Part shown: piece by piece, positions 1 to 6,579 of the stretch
How the letters are laid out: the number at the start of each line of letters is the position of its first letter
Numbering within the stretch: position 1 is the first letter of the stretch
DNA from: an uncultured virus (IMG/VR IMGVR_UViG_3300038441_002670)
Taxonomy: Duplodnaviria > Heunggongvirae > Uroviricota > Caudoviricetes
Virus record (IMG/VR): IMGVR_UViG_3300038441_002670
DNA: 20,000 nucleotides
Direction: 5' to 3' (one strand)
Notes under the pieces: model-generated
Seen by the model: the letters and a program-made list of their open reading frames with translations, nothing else
Told to the model about the DNA's origin: nothing
Database searches by the model: none
Position numbers and translations under genes: made by a program

Positions 1-546
1 CTCAAGATTGCCGAGTCTCAAATTGCATCGCGTACAGAGGAGCCCGCGTACGACACCTGTGGTGTGATCATGATCAACCGCAAGAGATCTGGTGTATTCG
101 GGACGTCCACAAATCGCACAGGCACCACCTTGGGCATTGAAGAGTGTTTCATAGGCCTCTAGCGTGATAGCAAATCTGCGGCGTAGCCAACCCTGCCGCT
201 TTATACGCTCTGTGCGCTCTGGGTCGCGTTCGTCCCGTTGCTGTCGTAGCTTTTTTACACAATCCCGGCATTGCCCTCGATGTTTCCCGGTTTTCTTGTC
301 AAAAAAGAAGACTTCCCATGGCAGCATCGTTTGGCACGAATTACATAGCCGCTTGGTGCCATCTTCAGAAATAGGGATAAAAGGCCACTTCACGACGTGA
401 GGATCGCCATGACGTTTCCAACGGTAGTAGTGTTTCTGACAATAACCAAAAGAAGCCCATGGCGTAGAACAGCCATCAACAAGACACGGCGCACCAGTCT
501 TCGGTCGGTTTGCGGGAGGTGGTGTGATAAACTTAGAGATAGCCAT
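1..546 (-). CDS. Recombination endonuclease VII-family (His-Me/HNH) nuclease with N-terminal Zn-binding domains, homing-endonuclease-like; 3' end outside window
   Basis: Not in the ORF track because no stop lies in the window. Manual translation from ATG 546: MAISKFITPPPANRPKTGAPCLVDGC...GYCQKHYYRWKRHGDP...CNSC...CRDC...FAITLEAYETLFNAQGGACAICGRPEYTRSLAVDHDHTTGVVRGLLCTRCNLRLGNLE. CxxC...VDHDH..G.VRGLLC..CN is the Endo VII signature. AGGAG RBS at 557-561. Confidence 0.9.
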   Translation of the reverse strand, partial: MAISKFITPPPANRPKTGAPCLVDGCSTPWASFGYCQKHYYRWKRHGDPHVVKWPFIPISEDGTKRLCNSCQTMLPWEVFFFDKKTGKHRGQCRDCVKKLRQQRDERDPERTERIKRQGWLRRRFAITLEAYETLFNAQGGACAICGRPEYTRSLAVDHDHTTGVVRGLLCTRCNLRLGNLE

Positions 547-623
547 GGCACCTGTGCTCCTATCACAGCGTGAAATGGTTAGAGTCCTAGCAGTGTGTCG
601 AGCACTACTAGGACTTGTTTTTT
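540..623 (+). ncRNA. Candidate cis-antisense RNA to the Endo VII leader
   Basis: Plus-strand extended -10 TGaTAAACT at 525-533 inside the start of the CDS. The hairpin at 583-615 is followed by TGTTTTTTG, which is terminator-like on the + strand. Anti-SD CTCCT is exposed in a loop. Transcription is inferred only. Confidence 0.35.
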
Positions 624-641
624 GTAGCCTACAGTATAACA
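541..641 (-). promoter_or_regulatory. Extended -10 promoter plus structured two-hairpin leader of the Endo VII gene
   Basis: TGtTATACT at 641-633 (minus). A 13-bp stem AGTCCTAGTAGTG/CACTGCTAGGACT with 7-nt loop CTCGACA spans 583-615. A second hairpin (541-580) puts AGGAG in its loop and pairs the ATG. Confidence 0.6.
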
Positions 642-722
642 TATTTTAGCACCACATAAGAATAAAAATACAAAAATTTCAAATAGTTATGCGTCCCTGG
701 GTGGGTTCATCGTGCCCTCCTC

Positions 723-914
723 TCAGGCATGGGTCTGGTGATACTGGTGGCAGTAGGGACAGCGGTATACCTTCGCCTTCCTGGGCTTGTGCCGCTGCTG
801 CTGCTGCGCCTGGAGGACGCGATGCGCCGCCTGGGCGCTCGGGTAGGCGATCTTGCCCGCGCACCCGCTCGTGGGATCAGTCGGGAGCGCGTCGGGGGAG
901 GCCGTGAGTCTCAT
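723..914 (-). CDS. Small phage-type Zn-finger protein (63 aa)
   Basis: MRLTASPDAL...CAGKIAYPSAQAA...VYRCPYCHQYHQTHA, with C...CxxC..H ligands. AGGAG RBS at 923-927. Confidence 0.7.
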   Translation of the reverse strand: MRLTASPDALPTDPTSGCAGKIAYPSAQAAHRVLQAQQQQRHKPRKAKVYRCPYCHQYHQTHA

Positions 915-927
915 GAGAAGGGCTCCT

Positions 928-1167
928 CTAGAAGCCGAGGGGGAGTTGGCGCGGGTCCGCGTCTTCCGTGCTCGGTGCGTCCTGGCAGCGGTGACAGACC
1001 GTGATGCCGGGCCACGCATAGGGCTGGACCCGTGCCCATTCCGCCTCGGTGACGCTGGTACAGGCGGCCTTGGGGCCACGGCCGAACGCACAGAGCCAGG
1101 TGAGGTCGCGGCCCAGGAGCGTCTGGACCCGGGTGCGGGCGCGGTGGGAGGCGAGCGCGATGTTCAT
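928..1167 (-). CDS. Hypothetical Cys-containing protein (79 aa)
   Basis: MNIALASHRARTR...WLC...TVCHRC...QLPLGF. GGAGG RBS and ATGA overlap with the upstream ORF stop (1164-1167). Confidence 0.65.
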   Translation of the reverse strand: MNIALASHRARTRVQTLLGRDLTWLCAFGRGPKAACTSVTEAEWARVQPYAWPGITVCHRCQDAPSTEDADPRQLPLGF

Positions 1168-1520
1168 GATGCGGCCTCCTTCGCGTCTTGGGGGTGGCGT
1201 TCCCACACGACCCCGCCGGACGCCGCGCGATAGGGATTGGTCGAGCCCCACAGGATGCCGCAGTGGGGGCATTCCATCAGCGTCACCTGCTCCAAGTCGG
1301 GACTCTGCCGCAGCGTGGCCGTGGTTACGACCGCCCGGCAGGCATGGCACCGCGCCTGCCTCGGCTCGTGCGCTGGCACGATGGCCGTGTTCTCCGGGTT
1401 GCAGCGCTCGCATAGGCTGCCAGCCAGCGCCAGGGTTTCCTCCTGGCACGAGGGACACCGAAGCAGGACGGGCTCGGCGGGTGCGGCGGTCGGGATGTGG
1501 AGATGCGTGCGATGCTTCAT
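1164..1520 (-). CDS. Double zinc-ribbon hypothetical protein (118 aa)
   Basis: Four CxxC pairs (CPSC, CERC, CHAC, CPHC). ATGA-coupled to its neighbours at both ends. Confidence 0.7.
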   Translation of the reverse strand: MKHRTHLHIPTAAPAEPVLLRCPSCQEETLALAGSLCERCNPENTAIVPAHEPRQARCHACRAVVTTATLRQSPDLEQVTLMECPHCGILWGSTNPYRAASGGVVWERHPQDAKEAAS

Positions 1521-2062
1521 AGGGCGGGAATCTCCTGTTCGAGAAAACGCTGCTGCTGCGTATCCCACGTACAGAGCTTGAATCGCACCATGGGATACAG
1601 ACTTGCCGCCGTCTTCAGGCGATCCAAGGCCCGGCGGTGGTCGAACATGAACGTGTGTTTCACCTCGATCAGCGTGAGCCCATAGCTGCCAAAGCGACAC
1701 AGGCTCTCGGCAAAGGCCGGGCTCAGCGTGATGGGCTGGCTCGCGGGAAAGGTCAGGACGTCAGGGCCACGCGCCTGCGTGAGAAAGTCCGCGGTGTAGG
1801 ACATGCGAGGCGCGATCCAGAGGCGGAGGGGGCACGGCCACCACGCCTTGAGGTGCCCCTCCTGCTTGGCGACGTCAAGAACCGTGGCATAGCGCTGCTC
1901 CGTCTTGGAGACGTTGCGCCCCGGGGTGCGGGCGCGGGTGACCTCCACGTCCTGCGCCGTAGGGGCGGGTGCCGTCCGCACGGTCAGCGCCGGGTCGAGG
2001 GCCAGGCCGTGTCGCTGCGCATGGGCAATGGCGTCGGCTTCCGTCATGACAAGGCCGCGCAT
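1517..2062 (-). CDS. DUF1064-like phage PD-(D/E)xK nuclease
   Basis: Motifs SKTEQRY...SYTADFL...LIEVKH...LKTAASLYP..F match the phage DUF1064-type restriction-fold pattern. GGAGGAGG RBS before ATG 2062; alternative start at 2047. Confidence 0.7.
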   Translation of the reverse strand: MRGLVMTEADAIAHAQRHGLALDPALTVRTAPAPTAQDVEVTRARTPGRNVSKTEQRYATVLDVAKQEGHLKAWWPCPLRLWIAPRMSYTADFLTQARGPDVLTFPASQPITLSPAFAESLCRFGSYGLTLIEVKHTFMFDHRRALDRLKTAASLYPMVRFKLCTWDTQQQRFLEQEIPAL

Positions 2063-2397
2063 GGAGCCTCCTCCTGCGCGGCGGGGAGCACGCCGAGCAC
2101 GCGCCGACAACAGGCGGCCACGAGGATTTGCGGCTTCCCTGGCAGCACTAAGATGGGATGGAGTGTGCCACCGCAGCAGGCGATCAGGTTGCTCCCTGGG
2201 GCTGCCCACTGCGCCTCGCGGGCCTGGCGTGCCGCCGCCAGGAGGGCCGCGCGGTGGCGCGCACGGTACGCCCGCTTGTGGCGGTTCTGCTGGGTGGCGC
2301 ATTCGTCGCACAGGACGCTTCTGCCCCTCGGACGGGCGCACCGTACACAGCGCCCGGCGGCTTTGTGCTGCGCATACGTGGCTTTGTCGTGGGGCAT
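2044..2397 (-). CDS. Zn-finger hypothetical protein (117 aa)
   Basis: GRCVRC...LCDEC followed by a basic helix and two CC pairs. Its ATG directly follows the upstream TAG. Confidence 0.7.
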   Translation of the reverse strand: MPHDKATYAQHKAAGRCVRCARPRGRSVLCDECATQQNRHKRAYRARHRAALLAAARQAREAQWAAPGSNLIACCGGTLHPILVLPGKPQILVAACCRRVLGVLPAAQEEAPCAALS

Positions 2398-2613
2398 CTA
2401 CGGGGCCTCCTCTGGCTGGGGGAGCCGATACATGCCCTCACCACACCAGCGCAGCCGTCCGTCGTGCAGCATGCGGTAACAGGCGCGGTGCGTGGCCAGG
2501 AACGGCGCCTTGATGTGCTTGGCGATGACGCGGTAATGCTGCGGCCCCTCAGCCTGGCGGAGGTACGCGGTAATGCGCAGCGGGAGGGGCGTACGATGGC
2601 GAGTGGGGGTCAT
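2398..2613 (-). CDS. Small winged-helix-like protein, paralog 1 (71 aa)
   Basis: MTPTRHRTPLPLRITAYLRQAEGPQHYRVIAKHI...RACYRMLHDGRLRW..GMYRLP has three-helix plus wing patterning. ATGA overlap and G-rich RBS. Confidence 0.7.
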   Translation of the reverse strand: MTPTRHRTPLPLRITAYLRQAEGPQHYRVIAKHIKAPFLATHRACYRMLHDGRLRWCGEGMYRLPQPEEAP

Positions 2614-2822
2614 GTGTCCCCTCCCCCCTGATGGGGGAGGCAATACGTGCCGTCCTCCGACCACAGGAGCCGTCCCTCGTGCAGCATCCGCAGGCAGGCG
2701 CGATACGTCGCCAGGCGCGGGGCCTGAATGTGCTTGGCGATGACGCGGTAGTGCTGCGGGCTCTCGGTGCGGCGTAAGTAGGCAGCAATGCGCAAGGACA
2801 AGGGGATATGGGTCGCGGTCAT
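2610..2822 (-). CDS. Small winged-helix-like protein, paralog 2 (70 aa)
   Basis: MTATHIPLSLRIAAYLRRTESPQHYRVIAKHI...; 40/56 identical to paralog 1 over the core (manual count). AAGGAG RBS and ATGA overlap. Confidence 0.7.
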   Translation of the reverse strand: MTATHIPLSLRIAAYLRRTESPQHYRVIAKHIQAPRLATYRACLRMLHEGRLLWSEDGTYCLPHQGGGDT

Positions 2823-3746
2823 GGTGTCTCCTTCTCGGGATGCGGGCGCGGGCCTTCGCGCATGTTTCCCAGTTGCGCGGGGTCGCGGCCATAGTAGGGG
2901 TCCGCAATGCTCTTGTCGTGCAGGATGCGGCGGCCACCGCCGCGGTCGCGCTTGGCGTGGTCGGCATAGGTATGCTCTTTGCCCAGGCCGTGACAATGGG
3001 GTGGACTCGCCAGGCAGGCGTCGAGCGTGCCGGGGGGGAGGGACCCGAGCTGGCCCTCGGTGGTGCCGTAGGAGTGGCCCATTTTGCGTAACATTGTTCG
3101 CACGCGCGTATCAATGTCTCTGCTTGTCTGGTCGCGCGCATTGTCTCGAAGGGCACAGATACGGGCTTGTTCTTCTGTCAGCGTGCCACTATTGAGGCTG
3201 CCCTGAAACGGTGGACTTGCCACACAAGCGCTGACCTGCTCCCGCAGTATCTTGCCCAGTTCCCGCGAATCGCCTTGGAGCAGCGTGGGCGCCACGTACT
3301 GCGGCAGGTGCCCGTAGCGTCTTGCCCACAATTCCAGGTTGCCGGTGACGTGGTGCGCCGCGTGATCGCCCTGCTGGCTACACGCCTCGTGCTTGGCCGC
3401 ACTGCCGCCACAGTCGAAGCCGTGGGCGATGGCATGAAAGCGCAGCTCCAACTCGCACCCGATGAACCGATACCCGGCGAGGGCGGCATCGAGCCCGCCA
3501 AGTCCCGTGCCAGAAAAGCAATCGAGGACGGTGTCTCCCGGCTTCAGCCATCCTTCCTCAGCACAGTGCTTATAGATAGTTTGTATCAAACTACGAGAAA
3601 ATTTAGCTGGGTCCTCAGTGGGCGAAGGCTTCAGGACACAACAGCCCGGCCCAAGTGCTGGAATAGCACTTCTCCCAGACGTCCTGAAGCACTTCGCCCC
3701 TATCCTTCCTTGTACTTTGCATGGTTTTCCTCGCTGGCCGCCTCAT
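2819..3746 (-). pseudogene. Phage-type N4-C/N6-A DNA methyltransferase, split by a 7-nt insertion and apparently C-terminally truncated
   Basis: The N-terminal piece 3746-3615 ends ...CPEAFAH*. After TGAGGAC (3617-3611) another frame continues PAKFSRSLIQ...VLDCFSGTG (motif I)...GCELE...QGDSREL...ASPPF...YG....QLG...ASPPH...YG....QLGNM and then stops. The usual post-motif-IV region (e.g. LKPGG-type) is absent. Confidence 0.75.
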
Positions 3747-4030
3747 TTTCCTGTCCCTTCCTCGGCCGTCAGCGCAGCATGCCAGCGCGCCTCACACGCC
3801 GCACAGAGCGGGGCGGGCCAGGTCGTGGGGGGTGGGAAGCGGAGGAACCGCACCAGATCCCAGGGGTGCACGTCGTACACGCGGGCGAAGCGCACCAGGT
3901 CGTTGAGCGTGAGGGGGCGCTCGCGGCTCTCCTTGCGCGAGACCCACGTTTTGGAGCGCTTCAGCACCTCGGCCACGGCTGCTTGCTGCAACCCCCGGTC
4001 ATCCCGCACGGCCTGCAAGAGCAACTGCAT
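3743..4030 (-). CDS. XRE-family HTH regulator (Cro-like position, first gene of leftward operon)
   Basis: LQAVRDDRGLQQAAVAEVLKRSKTWVSRKESRERPLTLNDLVRFARVYDV fits the HTH_3 pattern. GGGAGG RBS. Confidence 0.85.
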   Translation of the reverse strand: MQLLLQAVRDDRGLQQAAVAEVLKRSKTWVSRKESRERPLTLNDLVRFARVYDVHPWDLVRFLRFPPPTTWPAPLCAACEARWHAALTAEEGTGK

Positions 4031-4058
4031 GAGCCCCTCCCTCCCTGCATAAGCATGA

Positions 4059-4184
4059 TTGCCACTGTGGCATCATAGCGGATTTTGCCCCAGAAGCAAA
4101 CATCAAGATCCCGCCATGTGACACACCGAACGCGTAAATGATTGCATTTGGTACATGGATGGCGTAGAGTTGCCAGAGCGGCAA
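4059..4184. promoter_or_regulatory. Three operator-like 15-bp palindromes TTGCC-N5-(G/A)GCA(A/T) between divergent XRE genes
   Basis: TTGCCACTGTGGCAT 4059-4073; TTGCCCCAGAAGCAA 4085-4099; TTGCCAGAGCGGCAA 4170-4184. Confidence 0.6.
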
Positions 4185-4222
4185 CTGTGTGTCTAACAGC
4201 AACTCTGGGGAGGCCCTCGTGC

Positions 4223-4585
4223 ATGGCGCACTGCTTTGAACGTCCCCTCCGCCCCGAGGAGGATTTGCCGTATTGCGGGCGCGTGGTCCGTGCCGCCCGT
4301 CACCTTTGCGGGCTGACCATGAAAGAGTTGAGTAGAGAGGCCCGCGTCTCGCGGGGACCCTTGAATCGCTTGGAACTCGGCCATTCGTTCCCCCAGCTGC
4401 CCCATTTCGTGTCGATCTGTCGAGAGCTCCACCTGTCGATGGATGCGCTGTTCGGCCTAGAGGCAGATCCCACGGAAAAGCAACTGTTTCTCGAATTGCG
4501 GAAGCGTCCTGGCCTGGCCCAGGCGTTCCTCGGCATGCTCGAAGTGGAGCATCCCCTTCGCGTACAGTCACGGAGCGCGTCGTAA
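4223..4585 (+). CDS. XRE-family HTH regulator (CI-like position; no peptidase domain)
   Basis: GRVVRAARHLCGLTMKELSREARVSRGPLNRLELGHSFPQLPHFVSICRELHLSMDALFG. GGGAGG RBS at 4208-4213. Divergent from 3743-4030. Confidence 0.85.
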   Translation: MAHCFERPLRPEEDLPYCGRVVRAARHLCGLTMKELSREARVSRGPLNRLELGHSFPQLPHFVSICRELHLSMDALFGLEADPTEKQLFLELRKRPGLAQAFLGMLEVEHPLRVQSRSAS

Positions 4586-4603
4586 GCCTCTATGGGCTTT
4601 TTT
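4584..4603 (+). terminator. Short intrinsic terminator after the XRE gene
   Basis: AAGCCT-CTAT-GGGCTT stem-loop running into a T6 tract immediately at the stop codon. Confidence 0.45.
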
Positions 4604-4712
4604 CTGGTGTGCTATCGGGAAAGGGGCTAGCTATTCTGTAAATAAGGTGCTAATCTCGCTGCAACACAGACAAACCACGCTGAGGTTGGCCTTCCCCCTG
4701 GTGGAGGTGCGG

Positions 4713-4913
4713 ATGGGAAGATCTGTCTTGTTGCATGACGAGGACACCGGAGAGGGCACGGTCCCGTCTCCACGAACCCAACTCCATGACCTGGTCGAAA
4801 ACCTTACCGAGGAGGCCGTGCCTCCGGTGTTGGCCTTGTTGGCGCTCTGGCTGGAAGGGCCGCGCGCCCTGCTCCCCGTGGTGGGGCTGGCCTTTGTCGT
4901 CGGCACCTCTTAA
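4713..4913 (+). CDS. Hypothetical protein (66 aa), hydrophobic C-terminus
   Basis: GGAGGT RBS then ATG 4713. RTQLHDLVENLTEEAVPPVLALL. Confidence 0.55.
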   Translation: MGRSVLLHDEDTGEGTVPSPRTQLHDLVENLTEEAVPPVLALLALWLEGPRALLPVVGLAFVVGTS

Positions 4914-4986
4914 GCGATGTCTGGGGCGACGGGCCGGGAGGGATCGGCCTTTGTGCCTTCCCGCATGCGCTCGTGGAGAATGCCCT

Positions 4987-5115
4987 ATGGCTCTGTTCAA
5001 ACGTGCGCCCGCCGTGCGCATGCCCCCACGCTATACGTGGCTCTGGATCGCCTGGGTGATCGCGTTCGGGCTGCTCGGGCTGCTCTCGACCTGCCCTGGT
5101 GTGATTGTCTACTAA
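4987..5115 (+). CDS. Small single-TM protein (42 aa)
   Basis: MALFKRAPAVRMPPRYTWLWIAWVIAFGLLGLLSTCPGVIVY. GGAG RBS. Confidence 0.5.
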   Translation: MALFKRAPAVRMPPRYTWLWIAWVIAFGLLGLLSTCPGVIVY

Positions 5116-5133
5116 CCTGTACGGAGGTCTGCG

Positions 5134-5355
5134 ATGGCCCTGTTCCCCGCGTCGGCAAGCCCGTCCGCCCTGGCCGTCCTCGGCGTCGTGGTGCTCCTGC
5201 CCCTCACCCTTGCCGCGTGGGGCATTGGCCTTGCCGCGCTCTGGCTCTGTGACCGCGTGTGCTGGCCGCTGTCGCCACCTGCCGCGCCGCTCGTGCCAGA
5301 CGTGGACACCGAGACGGAGTATGGTTGGGCACAGTCGTCTCCCACTGAGCGCTAG
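5134..5355 (+). CDS. Small membrane protein (73 aa)
   Basis: GGAGG RBS. Long hydrophobic stretch ALAVLGVVVLLPLTLAAWGIGLAALWL. Confidence 0.6.
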   Translation: MALFPASASPSALAVLGVVVLLPLTLAAWGIGLAALWLCDRVCWPLSPPAAPLVPDVDTETEYGWAQSSPTER

Positions 5356-5379
5356 ACGCTCGACACAGGGAGGTGTCTG

Positions 5380-5598
5380 GTGACACCCATGGACGATCTT
5401 CACGCGGCGCTCGTGGCCGCTCTCGCCGCCGCAGAGGCGGAACTGTGTACCGTCGAGGCGGCCGTCGTGCATCTCCAGCGCCTGGCCTATGCCCTTGAGT
5501 GCCACGCGGCCGTGTTACGGAGTTTTATGGGCGTCGGACACACGCTGCTTGAGCAAAAAGATGCGTACGCGATGGGTGATGCCACGCCAGGGGGATAA
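5380..5598 (+). CDS. Small coiled-coil hypothetical protein (72 aa)
   Basis: GGGAGG RBS. Heptad-like LAAAEAELCTVEAAVVHLQRLAYALE. Confidence 0.55.
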   Translation: MTPMDDLHAALVAALAAAEAELCTVEAAVVHLQRLAYALECHAAVLRSFMGVGHTLLEQKDAYAMGDATPGG

Positions 5599-5604
5599 CG
5601 TCCC

Positions 5605-5760
5605 ATGCTGCCAACCCTCGCGCTGCTGGTGCTGCTGGTGGGCGTCGCTGGATACTTCGGGACGCGCTACCGTCAGGCCCACGACCGCCATGGCCTTACC
5701 GGGCGTGCGGCCCTGCGCTGGATGCTGACGGGTGTCGTGCGGCCTACGGACGACTGTTGA
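5605..5760 (+). CDS. Small single-TM protein (51 aa)
   Basis: Manual translation MLPTLALLVLLVGVAGYFGTRYRQAHDRHGLTGRAALRWMLTGVVRPTDDC*. Starts 6 bp after the previous stop; below the ORF-track cutoff. Confidence 0.55.
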   Translation: MLPTLALLVLLVGVAGYFGTRYRQAHDRHGLTGRAALRWMLTGVVRPTDDC

Positions 5761-5854
5761 CGGTCTCTCCGGTCTCTCCGCTCTTTCCCTTTCTATTTTA
5801 CTATGAGTAAATAACACTTCGCCTTTCGCATAAATCACTTCATGCATTTTTTAT

Positions 5855-5882
5855 TTGCACATTGCGAGAAATGGTGTATGCT
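5855..5882 (+). promoter_or_regulatory. Putative sigma70-type promoter for the XRE/transfer region
   Basis: TTGCAC-16 bp-TATGCT in an AT-rich intergenic stretch. Palindrome TTTACT-ATG-AGTAAA lies upstream at 5797-5811. Confidence 0.4.
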
Positions 5883-5955
5883 CTGCTTAAACGTGGGAAA
5901 GTTCGTATCCTTTTCTCGTAGCTCACCGACACATCACTGTGGAAAGACGGGAGGG

Positions 5956-6420
5956 ATGACCGAACCGCAAGTACATGATCCGCGTGATGAGATCGCTCGG
6001 CGGCTCGATGACCTGCGCGAGGCCAAGGGGCTCTCGATGTCCGAGGTCGCCAGCCTGGCAGGTGTCAAAATTGGCGTCCTCTCCAATCTCCATACGGGGA
6101 GGCGAAAGGGACGCAATATGAAATTGGGGGTGGCGGCGGCTGTCTGTCGTGCGCTCGGGGCCAGGGTCGGTCGGGACCTGCTCGGAGAAGAGGAGTTGCC
6201 GCTACCGCCGGGGTTCGACCTCGGGAAGATGACCCCGACGGAGAAAGACAATTTACTGATTCGCCTGATGGCGGAGGTGCTGCGTCAGGGGCTGCAAATT
6301 CCCCCGACGCTCGTGCCGAGGAGCAATGATGCCGACGAAACCGGACGACGAACACGTGCTCGCGCTACCCCCAGATCCCGAAGGCGAGGCCGAGGAAGCA
6401 CGGGTGATGGAAATGTCTGA
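5956..6420 (+). CDS. XRE-family HTH regulator heading the transfer region
   Basis: IARRLDDLREAKGLSMSEVASLAGVKIGVLSNLHTGRR...AAVCRALG. GGGAGG RBS. Confidence 0.85.
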   Translation: MTEPQVHDPRDEIARRLDDLREAKGLSMSEVASLAGVKIGVLSNLHTGRRKGRNMKLGVAAAVCRALGARVGRDLLGEEELPLPPGFDLGKMTPTEKDNLLIRLMAEVLRQGLQIPPTLVPRSNDADETGRRTRARATPRSRRRGRGSTGDGNV

Positions 6421-6488
6421 GGAAGAGTTCGCCAGGTACATGACCGAAGGGGAGGATGGTCTCGCCTTCGGCGCGTGAATCGACAGGA

Positions 6489-6579
6489 AGCACGGGGAGG
6501 GAGGCTACCAACCGTCTCCCCATGCTGGAGGTCTCGCAGCCCATCTCCCTTGAAAGGAGACTGTGTGGCTAGTGTACCA
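6489..6579 (+). promoter_or_regulatory. Structured two-hairpin leader of traF with a putative antisense -10
   Basis: Hairpin 6489-6526 (AGCAcGGGGAG.../...CTCCCCaTGCT, loop CTACCAA). TCTCC pairs with the GGAGA RBS and AGCC pairs with GGCT at the start codon. Minus-strand TGgTACACT at 6579-6571. Confidence 0.45.

Noticed and set aside
2398..2822. Duplicated sequence considered as a DGR template/variable repeat pair or CRISPR-like repeat
   Set aside because: Both copies are intact coupled ORFs, the differences do not appear adenine-specific, and no reverse transcriptase or repeat-spacer array is present in the window.
3167..4078. 303-aa plus-strand ORF (also 1637-2479)
   Set aside because: Antisense to the MTase/XRE and DUF1064-like genes, with no recognisable features.
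6326..6478. Two tiny ORFs (MMPTKPDDEH...KHG*, MEMSEEEFARYM...GA*) with RBS-like sequences overlapping the XRE 3' end
   Set aside because: Under 30 aa, overlapping an annotated gene, with no independent support.
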